From an uncultured virus (IMG/VR IMGVR_UViG_2773857995_000001) (lineage: Duplodnaviria > Heunggongvirae > Uroviricota > Caudoviricetes), in IMG/VR virus record IMGVR_UViG_2773857995_000001, positions 1 to 64,000 of that record: a stretch of 64,000 nt of DNA; one strand, 5' to 3'. Below, piece after piece: positions 37,933 through 45,687 of this stretch. The notes beneath the pieces were generated by a model, which was given only the letters and a program-made list of their open reading frames with translations, did no database searches and had not been told where the DNA came from. The position numbers were made by a program, and so were the translations under genes. Numbering within the stretch: the stretch's first letter is position 1; each line of letters begins with the position of its first letter.

Positions 37933-38121
37933 GAACGTTGATATGACGCGGTTTATACGCTGCATAAATAAAACGAAATACATAACGAAATACAACAACG
38001 AATGAACGTTGATATGACAACGATTGCGATGAACGTCAGTGTAACAGAATCCGATAGTGTTACACTCGATATACAAACGAATGAATACCGGATACACAAC
38101 GAAGGAGGGGGCCGGGGAGGG
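37933..38121. repeat. Repeat-rich region after terS (candidate packaging-site region)
   Basis: GAACGTTGATATGAC twice (37933, 38004); AACGAAATAC tandem; palindrome 38038-38066; G-rich tract 38103-38121. Confidence 0.5.
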
Positions 38122-38200
38122 AAAAACAAAATCCGCGGCTCCAGGCGCATCTTAAACGCGCATATCAAAAATTCACTTTGACTTTGCGGAGGTGCAGCCG

Positions 38201-38425
38201 ATGCCACTAACGATAAACACTGTCGAACATAACTCGAATCCTTGGTCGCATAAAACGCTCGAACAACGCCTAATCGAATCGGGCGCGTATGACCTTCGCA
38301 AGTATCGGAAAATCATCGATCTAGGAAACGGTTATAGTCGCGTCGAACCGTTGTGGACAGACGAAAGGCAGCCGCGATATGGAGATAGCGAAGAGGTCAC
38401 GGAGAAGAGGCGTAGGCTACGATAA
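38201..38425 (+). CDS. Hypothetical protein
   Basis: GGAGGTG SD before ATG 38201. Confidence 0.55.
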   Translation: MPLTINTVEHNSNPWSHKTLEQRLIESGAYDLRKYRKIIDLGNGYSRVEPLWTDERQPRYGDSEEVTEKRRRLR

Positions 38426-38435
38426 ACGATAGCAT

Positions 38436-38534
38436 AACGATTTTCGCACGCAAATTACACGAAATTAGGCGTCTTAGCCTTCGCCGAGGGTATTCGGTAG
38501 GGTAACGGTTAGGAACGCTAATTTCGTGTGATTT
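38436..38534. repeat. Long imperfect hairpin element, copy 2
   Basis: AAATTACACGAAATTAG-GCGT...ACGC-TAATTTCGTGTGATTT. Confidence 0.65.
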
Positions 38535-38588
38535 TATACGTACCGGGCGCGTACCTCCTTACATGGGGCATTGAAAACCGCGCGAAAT

Positions 38589-38943
38589 AAGAGGCGAGCG
38601 TTCGGAGCGCTTAACCTGACAAGAGCAACAGAAACGGCCTCGCGGAAGGATTATAACCGGTCTTACCTTCCGAAAAACCACGTCGCCCAGCCTTGAGGCG
38701 GCGGGTGTTAATATTCAGTACGTTCATTTCTTTGCAGAATGAGCACGTATCAGGAGTGACGGGGTGGCCGTCCCTACTGTACGTTCCGCAGTCCGGACAC
38801 GCTGGTCTTGCGGATACAAGGATTGAAAGCAGCATTCTCTGGCACCTTCTTACCGGCGGTTTACCGGATTCGCGGGTCCGGTAGAAGTCCGTCTTCCCAA
38901 ACTACACTCGCATATATTTTGGGAAGGCAGACCTCGCCTCTTT
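38589..38943 (+). ncRNA. Candidate ~350-nt multi-stem structured RNA
   Basis: Closing helix AAGAGGCGAG/CTCGCCTCTT enclosing about eight hairpins; G-U pairs mostly favour the + strand. Confidence 0.6.
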
Positions 38944-39100
38944 CGCCCTCATATTTTCTAAAATATTTACCATTCGCGCTTTTAAATCTTTCGAAAATAG
39001 CGAACAGATGGTATAATATTCCCTGAGAGGGTATATACTAGCACAAGCTGTATTCAAATCAGGAGGTGCTGGGTATATGAGAAAAGAGGGGGAGAAAGAT

Positions 39101-39241
39101 ATGAACGCATTAGCTTCAAAGAATTCCTTCAAGCCTTTGGATAAAAAGAAAAAAGCGTTATTAAAGAAATTCGTCGGTAGCTCATCATCAAAATTAGATT
39201 TGAACAAGGTCAGAGATTCCTGGAAATATGATAAAGATTGA
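39101..39241 (+). CDS. Small basic protein, putative antitoxin (46 aa; 54 aa from ATG 39077)
   Basis: GGGGAG SD; overlaps PIN start; TGgTATAAT promoter at 39009-39017. Confidence 0.6.
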   Translation: MNALASKNSFKPLDKKKKALLKKFVGSSSSKLDLNKVRDSWKYDKD

Positions 39242-39797
39242 TTTTAATCGGAATTTTCGAGGGTTTTCCAATAAAGAGAAAATCTTGTTAGACACAGGCA
39301 TTATACTCGCTCTGGCAAATGAGTATGATGCTTGGCACAACACAGTCAATAACCTCTTTGAAACTCACATTTTATCTGATGAAGACGATGAAAACAGTAA
39401 AGCGATTTTTCTTTTTGTTAATCCATTAATTATTAACGAGGTAACCCATCTAGCAGGTCGTCCTCTTGAATCTTACCGAAGAAAGAAACCCAAGGAAGAC
39501 TTTTCGAACATCAACCCTGAAAAAGTGGTCGATGAAACTATCAGCAACATAGAAGAGTTAATAGATAGTGAGGTTTTTCTAGTAATTGACGGAAATAGAG
39601 AGGCGGTTATGGAGCAGTTCAAGCTCTACAAAGACTTAGGATCAGCTGACGCCGCGAACGTTGCGATAGCAAATCAGCATGGCCTAAACTTTTTAACCGT
39701 AGATAGTAGACTAGCAGAAAACATATATCATAAAAGAAATCAGTTAACGAATATTCATAAGGTATACACTACATCAGGTAAGCACAGAACTTATTAA
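39228..39797 (+). CDS. PIN-domain (VapC-like) ribonuclease
   Basis: ILLDTGII; IINEV; GSADAANVAIA; FLTVDSRL. Confidence 0.85.
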   Translation: MIKIDFNRNFRGFSNKEKILLDTGIILALANEYDAWHNTVNNLFETHILSDEDDENSKAIFLFVNPLIINEVTHLAGRPLESYRRKKPKEDFSNINPEKVVDETISNIEELIDSEVFLVIDGNREAVMEQFKLYKDLGSADAANVAIANQHGLNFLTVDSRLAENIYHKRNQLTNIHKVYTTSGKHRTY

Positions 39798-39814
39798 GTC
39801 CAACGCAATCAGAA

Positions 39815-39846
39815 CGAGGGCGATCCGAATATGGGTCGCTCTTTTT
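39815..39846 (+). terminator. Rho-independent terminator
   Basis: GAGGGCGATCC-GAATAT-GGGTCGCTCTTTTT. Confidence 0.8.
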
Positions 39847-39926
39847 GTGCTTGCGTTTTTTAGCGCAACAGAAAAGCGGCTTGCAAGATGCATGTCGCTT
39901 TATTAACGAAAAAGGAGACGATGTGA

Positions 39927-40259
39927 ATGGCGGTATCAAAGCGCGAATCAATCGGAGAAATCAACGTAAAAGTAAACGTGGAGGTATCCGAAGCCATAAC
40001 CGGACTCAAGGCGGTTCAACGCGAAGCAAAGGCGGCGACTAAGGCGCTGGCTGAATTGCGGGAGGAACAGGTGGAGATTAGCGTTGAAGAGGCGGCGCGT
40101 ACTCTCGAAAAAGCTCTCGGAAATACTAAGGTGGATGTGTCTCAGTTAGCAGAAGCGCTTCGAATACTCACTCCTAGCGAAGTTTATCGCGTTAGTGCGC
40201 AAGAAGCCGGGGAATCTTTGCGGAAACTTTTCGATGAAATCAATAGAGGCGAGCGTTGA
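39927..40259 (+). CDS. Hypothetical phage protein
   Basis: AAAGGAG SD. Confidence 0.65.
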   Translation: MAVSKRESIGEINVKVNVEVSEAITGLKAVQREAKAATKALAELREEQVEISVEEAARTLEKALGNTKVDVSQLAEALRILTPSEVYRVSAQEAGESLRKLFDEINRGER

Positions 40260-40540
40260 TGGAATTCGTAGTCATGATCGTGGATACACCGGATCAGGCG
40301 CGGATTATCGAAAGCGTATTTAAGGATCTCGACAATGATCGAATGCATTTCCGAGCCTTAGCAGTAGGGCAGGCAGCGGTCGGATGGCAGTTTAAAGGAT
40401 CGCGGCCAACCACGGTTATCCTTGCGTATAGTGAACTTAAAACGGATCAGGAGAAGAAATGGGAGCGGGAGGTCGTCGGAAACCTCGGATATGCAGACGA
40501 ACATCCTACGAGGCAGACGAAATGGGTTTCGCTTCTGTAA
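40256..40540 (+). CDS. Hypothetical phage protein
   Basis: Overlap-coupled ORF. Confidence 0.6.
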   Translation: MMEFVVMIVDTPDQARIIESVFKDLDNDRMHFRALAVGQAAVGWQFKGSRPTTVILAYSELKTDQEKKWEREVVGNLGYADEHPTRQTKWVSLL

Positions 40541-40559
40541 ACGAAAAAGCACCGAAGTC

Positions 40560-41114
40560 TTAAACCTCGATGCTTTCGTAAGCTTCCGATATCTCATCGG
40601 CCGTAATTCCGATATATCTCAACGTCTCACGCTCGCTTGAATGGTTGAGTATCGACATAATGCGCGTGATATCAACGCCATTCTCATATAGGCGGTATCC
40701 GAACGTCTTACGAAGCGAGTGCGTGCCGATGCCGCCGATCTTTTCGTAAATTCCGGCCCGTTTCGATGCGTCGTTTAAGATACGATAAGCCTGAACGCGG
40801 GTGATCGGCTTGCCTCCTCCTTGCCGGCTGGCAAAAACGTAATCGTCATCTGCTACGTCGTTGCTTATATATTCTTTAATTTCGCGTTTAACTGACGGAC
40901 TGAATGTAATCACACGTAATTTCTTGCGCTTTTTTTCTCGTATGTGTAACAAATCTTGGCCGCGGAGATCCCCGACTTTAAGCGTCAATAAATCGCTGAT
41001 ACGCAAGCCAAAAGCGGTGCCGAGTGTCAATAAAAGACGATTGCGGCCGTCCAGTGCGTTCTTCATTTTATTAAAATCGCGTTTTGACTTAATCGGGAAT
41101 ACTTCGTTTGCCAT
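40560..41114 (-). CDS. Minimal tyrosine recombinase (catalytic domain only)
   Basis: GLRISDLL; EKK; HSLRK; LNHSS; LRYIG catalytic residues; own promoter TTGACT-17-TAATAT (41185-41157). Confidence 0.9.
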   Translation of the reverse strand: MANEVFPIKSKRDFNKMKNALDGRNRLLLTLGTAFGLRISDLLTLKVGDLRGQDLLHIREKKRKKLRVITFSPSVKREIKEYISNDVADDDYVFASRQGGGKPITRVQAYRILNDASKRAGIYEKIGGIGTHSLRKTFGYRLYENGVDITRIMSILNHSSERETLRYIGITADEISEAYESIEV

Positions 41115-41212
41115 TTCGTTCACTCTCCGTAACATAAAAATGATTTTGTTACACTCATATTAACGAAAAATATAACGAAAGTCAATACGAAAAATGAAAG
41201 GAGGTAATGTAG

Positions 41213-41488
41213 TTGGTTTATGTTTTGATCTACTTACTCCTCGGAATGTTATACGCCGGTATGACGTTCAAAAGCACTCTTGGTGCGATTGTAATTCTAG
41301 GATTGAGCGGTGCCGATCGATTAAAGATCGCGAAGGGATCGGAAAACGTGTCAGATGAATTAAAGACATCGGCTCTTGCGTGTATTGTACTAGCGGTTCT
41401 CTACTCGATGTTTAAGGTCCCTTTCTATCCGTTCTTAGTTTTCTTCGACCTACTCGTAAGATCCGCGGCTAAGAAACATTCGAAATAA
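41213..41488 (+). CDS. Membrane protein
   Basis: AAAGGAGGT SD; hydrophobic helices. Confidence 0.65.
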   Translation: MVYVLIYLLLGMLYAGMTFKSTLGAIVILGLSGADRLKIAKGSENVSDELKTSALACIVLAVLYSMFKVPFYPFLVFFDLLVRSAAKKHSK

Positions 41489-41507
41489 GTGAAAGGAGGC
41501 GGTCTTT

Positions 41508-43259
41508 ATCGCATGGGTTGATGGTCGTTGGCTGAAGCGGGATGAACGCGAAGAACTCATCAACGTATTAACCGAATACCTGGACGCTCTCGACGAAACT
41601 TACGGCGATGACATTCCTGCGTCAGAGATCGCCGACTATTACGAAAAAGCGACCGAACTAGAACGTCTTAAACGGATTCATCGATGCGAAGGTAATCTAC
41701 TCGAATTCTCTATCGAATACTTCTCGGACGCACGCAACCCGGACAATGAGGGGAATTGGGAGGGATTCGATGTTACTTGCGTAGAGGAGGCTCCGGAGTT
41801 TCATCGTGAGATTACCGCCATAATGAATCGAGTTTCCAATGTTGAGACGAATGCGAAAGTCGCAGTCGCGGCGCCACGTTCGCACGCCAAGTCGACGTAT
41901 CTTTCGAAAGCCTTTCCGGTTCATGAGATTGCATATAGGCGACGGAAATACGCGATTATTATCTCGGAAACTCCAGATGTAGCGACGAAGAATATGGAAT
42001 GGATTCGAAATCAATTGAAATTCAATAAAAAATTTCGGGAGGATTTCGGGCCATTACTTTCTCCGAAAGATCAATCCAATATCATCGATAATTCAAGTGC
42101 ATTTATCGCTTGGTATCCTGATGGAGATAGTCGTAAACAGTTATCCTTGGTCGAGGCTGCTTCAACCGGCCAGGCATTGCGGGGACGTAACTGGAACGGT
42201 AGTCGTCCAGATTTAATAGTGCTAGATGACTTGGAAGATGCAAGACCTGGGGGAAATGCCAGCACGCCAGAACAACGTGCTAAATTAAAAGACTGGTTTT
42301 CTCAAACGGTTATTCCGTTAGGTGACCCAAAAGGTAAGAAAACAGCGTTTGTTTACATGGGAACCACGGTACACCAAGATTCAAACTTAATGAATGTGCT
42401 GCATAATAACCCCGACTTTGAATCAAGGATATTCCGTGCAATAATTTCACACCCAACACGATCGGATCTTTGGGAAGAATGTCGTTTAATTTATACCAAC
42501 AGAGAAAACAAAAAACGAAAAAAAGAGGCGGAAGAATTTTATAAGAAACACGAAAAAGAAATGTTAGAAGGGTCTAAAGTCCTTTGGGTTGAGGCGCAGC
42601 CGTTATTCAAGTTGATGAAATGGAAATGGACGTACGGATCTAAAGCGTTCAATACCGAGTACATGAACAACCCGATCGACGAGGAATCGATGATCTTTAA
42701 TCCGGAAAAATTCACGTATCACAACGGAAATATCGACTATATGAAGTATGACGTTTCTCTCGCGGTAGACTTCGCGATGGGGAAAGAACGCGGAGACTAT
42801 TCCGCAATTGCGATCGTCGCTGCCGATAAGGTTAGCGGCTCTATTTATGTTATAGACACGTTCGGCCAACGATTAAAGCCGGACGAATTCCTGAAGGTCA
42901 TCGTCGAAAAGGTCGTCAAGTATCAGCCGACCATAATCGCGGCAGAAGCACAGGCGGCGCAAGAATTCTTCGTCGATGAGCTGAAAAAACAGCTTACACA
43001 CGCTGGCTATCCGGCAGACACTCGTGTCAAGAAAGTAAAACACCGCAGCCGAAAAGAGCTACGTATCGAGGCGATGTTGCCTTCGATCGAAAACGGGACA
43101 ATCCAATTCGATCGGAAACACGCGCTTTTGCTTGAACAATTCGAGCAGTACGGTACGGGCGCCCACGATGACGTTATCGATGCGTTAGAGATGGCGGTTT
43201 CGGCCATTGTGAAGTCGCGTAGAAGAAAAGGCGGCAACGTTGGAAATTACCGTTACTGA
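41508..43259 (+). CDS. terL: Terminase large subunit (583 aa from proposed ATC start)
   Basis: APRSHAKST; LRG; IVLDDLED; VDFA; HDDVIDAL; frame open 105 codons upstream of ATG 41823 back to SD-ATC. Confidence 0.9.
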   Translation: MAWVDGRWLKRDEREELINVLTEYLDALDETYGDDIPASEIADYYEKATELERLKRIHRCEGNLLEFSIEYFSDARNPDNEGNWEGFDVTCVEEAPEFHREITAIMNRVSNVETNAKVAVAAPRSHAKSTYLSKAFPVHEIAYRRRKYAIIISETPDVATKNMEWIRNQLKFNKKFREDFGPLLSPKDQSNIIDNSSAFIAWYPDGDSRKQLSLVEAASTGQALRGRNWNGSRPDLIVLDDLEDARPGGNASTPEQRAKLKDWFSQTVIPLGDPKGKKTAFVYMGTTVHQDSNLMNVLHNNPDFESRIFRAIISHPTRSDLWEECRLIYTNRENKKRKKEAEEFYKKHEKEMLEGSKVLWVEAQPLFKLMKWKWTYGSKAFNTEYMNNPIDEESMIFNPEKFTYHNGNIDYMKYDVSLAVDFAMGKERGDYSAIAIVAADKVSGSIYVIDTFGQRLKPDEFLKVIVEKVVKYQPTIIAAEAQAAQEFFVDELKKQLTHAGYPADTRVKKVKHRSRKELRIEAMLPSIENGTIQFDRKHALLLEQFEQYGTGAHDDVIDALEMAVSAIVKSRRRKGGNVGNYRY

Positions 43260-43274
43260 AAGGAGGAGTTTTAA

Positions 43275-44810
43275 ATCGTAGTCATTGACCGAAATTTTAT
43301 AAACCCGTTTCAATTTGTCGTTCCGATGGAAGAAGCGATCGGATCGAAAGAATTTCAGCGCATTTGTGACGAAATCGAGCTCTACCGACGCTATGAAGGC
43401 GATCTAAACGTCTGGACCGACTACGTAAAGCCGAAAGAAATCGATTATGAACCGACGCAGATAACGATGAACTACCCCCGGAAGCTTATCGACTCGACTG
43501 CGGCCTGGCAATTCGAGAAGGAACCGAAAGTAACCGTTCCGCCGGATGTTCTCGATGATCCTGCGGATATGATTAAGCCGGGATATACGCCAAGTCCTCT
43601 CCAAGAGGAAGAAAACAGCCGGGCGAAGGCGAAAGAACGCCTGCTGACGTGGGTATGGGAAGAAAATCGGATGCACGAAAAGCTACTTTCTGCGGCAAAG
43701 GATCGGGCGATTAGTCGAACCGGCGTTTATGCTCGTCTGCATTACGATACACGTCGCGGAGAAATTAAAATTCTATGGCATCCTTCGACTGAAGTTATCG
43801 CAGTTCATAACGAATGGGATGTCGACCAACTTGACGAAGTCCATTTCGTTGCGTGGTTGGACGAAGAACAGACGAAGCTTTGGAAACTTTCGTATTATCT
43901 CGTCTGGAAAGGCGATGAAGATACCGGAAACTACGACTGTGAGATCGAAGAAGCGATCTACGATGACGGGCTCAGTCTTGTCGAGAAACGAGTCGAAAGA
44001 AAATCGATGGGGCTCGACTTTATTCCGGTCGTACACATTCCAACGGAGAAACTTTCGGGGCAGACAAGCGGCTTCAGCGAACTTGAAAAGCTTGTCGAGA
44101 CGGCCGACGAGCTTGACCGGAAGCTATCCGACTACTCGGACGCATTGCGGTTCGAAATGTTCGCGATCACTCTGCTAACAAACGTCGAGTACGATCCGAA
44201 AAATCCGTTTAAGATTGCGCCGGGCGCCATATGGGACCTTGGCGAAACGAATAAAGAAATCGGAGAGCCTGACGCAAAGAAACTCGAGAGCGGGTTTAAA
44301 TTTAAAGAGGCGATCGAGGCGTATCTTGATCGTCTACAGAAGCGGCTTCACGAAATAAGCGAGGTTCCGATGGTTAACACTGCGGACATGAACACGGGCG
44401 GCATAAACGATATGGCGCTCAAATTGCTGTACAGTTCGATTATTTCTAAAACCCAGCGAGCATGGATCGTTTGGCAATCGCGATTACAGACGTTGAATGA
44501 GTATATTCTGCGGTACATGAAAGCCCGACAAGATCATCCTCGCTTTAAATATGAGAAAGAATGGCTTGCACAAGTTGATGACAATTACGGAAGCAAAATC
44601 GTATTCGGACTTCCGTTGCCGGAAGATCAAAAGGCTCTCGTCGAACAGTTAGGCGAAGAAATCGCCAACGAAATGGAATCGATTAAGGGCGCAATCGTCC
44701 GGAGCGGCAAGGATAATCCGGAAGCCAAATTTATGGAGATTTTACAAGAACGAAATCTGAAAAAACAGGCCGAAGATCCTTATAACGCAGCACAAGAATC
44801 AAACGAATAA
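43275..44810 (+). CDS. Portal protein (SPP1 gp6-like); proposed ATC start
   Basis: Follows terL; NYPRKLIDS motif; AAAGGAGG 8 nt before ATC 43275. Confidence 0.85.
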   Translation: MVVIDRNFINPFQFVVPMEEAIGSKEFQRICDEIELYRRYEGDLNVWTDYVKPKEIDYEPTQITMNYPRKLIDSTAAWQFEKEPKVTVPPDVLDDPADMIKPGYTPSPLQEEENSRAKAKERLLTWVWEENRMHEKLLSAAKDRAISRTGVYARLHYDTRRGEIKILWHPSTEVIAVHNEWDVDQLDEVHFVAWLDEEQTKLWKLSYYLVWKGDEDTGNYDCEIEEAIYDDGLSLVEKRVERKSMGLDFIPVVHIPTEKLSGQTSGFSELEKLVETADELDRKLSDYSDALRFEMFAITLLTNVEYDPKNPFKIAPGAIWDLGETNKEIGEPDAKKLESGFKFKEAIEAYLDRLQKRLHEISEVPMVNTADMNTGGINDMALKLLYSSIISKTQRAWIVWQSRLQTLNEYILRYMKARQDHPRFKYEKEWLAQVDDNYGSKIVFGLPLPEDQKALVEQLGEEIANEMESIKGAIVRSGKDNPEAKFMEILQERNLKKQAEDPYNAAQESNE

Positions 44811-44903
44811 CAACGCTCTTGACCTACGGTATTGTCGGTAAACTGCCGGTTGTTGTTATTCGTAATCTACAGTCTACTCGGACTTTAAACGTGGAGGTAC
44901 GAT

Positions 44904-45629
44904 ATGCCAAAATTTTTACCTTTAAACCTACAGTTTTTTGCGGAACAAACAGAACCGGAAGATCCTAATGCTCAACCTACGGCTGGGGAGCCGGAACCAA
45001 AACCGACAGAGCAACCGAAGACACCGGAAAAGACGTTCACACAGGCTGAACTCGACGAAATTCTTAACAAGCGTCTTGAGCGCGAGAAAAAGAAGCAAGC
45101 CGAACTCGAAGAAAAAGCGAAACGGCTTGAAGAGTTAGAAAAGGCTGAAGAGGAACGCAAAAAAGCGGAAATGTCCGAAACTGAACGACTTCGAGCCGAA
45201 AAAGAAGAAGCGGATAAAAAGGCGGAAGAAGCAGCAGAGGCGGCTAAAAAAGCGAAGGAAACGGCCAATCAGCGAATCATCAATACGGAGCTTCGCGCAA
45301 TCGCTCGATCTCTTAACGCAAACGATCCGAACCAAGTCCTCGCGCTACTCGATAAATCTGCGGTCGAAATTGACGAAGATGGCAACGTAAAAGGAGCCGA
45401 AGAAGTGGTCGCTGCTTTTAAAGAGTCAAGTCCGTGGATGTTTAAGCAGCCGATCGGGGCCGATGCGTCTGGAGGAAGTAACCCGGCCAAAACCAACATT
45501 CAAACGGAGATTGTCGCGAAAGAGAAAGAATTGGACGAAACGAAAAAATTAGCGCTTAAAAATCCGCGTTATCTCGGAAAAGTAACGAAGCTCTACAACG
45601 AACTTCGAGAGCTAAAAAACAAACGGTAA
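44904..45629 (+). CDS. Capsid scaffolding protein
   Basis: LNLQFFAE; KTFTQAELDEIL..RLERE; coiled coil. Confidence 0.9.
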   Translation: MPKFLPLNLQFFAEQTEPEDPNAQPTAGEPEPKPTEQPKTPEKTFTQAELDEILNKRLEREKKKQAELEEKAKRLEELEKAEEERKKAEMSETERLRAEKEEADKKAEEAAEAAKKAKETANQRIINTELRAIARSLNANDPNQVLALLDKSAVEIDEDGNVKGAEEVVAAFKESSPWMFKQPIGADASGGSNPAKTNIQTEIVAKEKELDETKKLALKNPRYLGKVTKLYNELRELKNKR

Positions 45630-45632
45630 TTC

Positions 45633-45656
45633 AGTCGCCTTTATGGCGGCTTTTTT
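45633..45656 (+). terminator. Rho-independent terminator/attenuator
   Basis: AGTCGCC-TTTAT-GGCGGCTTTTTT. Confidence 0.75.
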
Positions 45657-45687
45657 AATTACAAAAAAATCTTAGGGGGATTTATTC

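Noticed and set aside
38560..38945. tmRNA, tRNA, RNase P or group I intron identity for the structured block
   Set aside because: No T-loop or CCA end, no RNase P P4 signature and no P7/J8-7 motif recognised by eye.
38693..39026. Plus-strand ORFs 38693-38884 and 38808-39026
   Set aside because: TTG starts without SD and atypical composition; better explained by RNA structure.
40560..41114. The prophage integrase
   Set aside because: It has only a catalytic domain, lies mid-genome, and has no att or host junction nearby.
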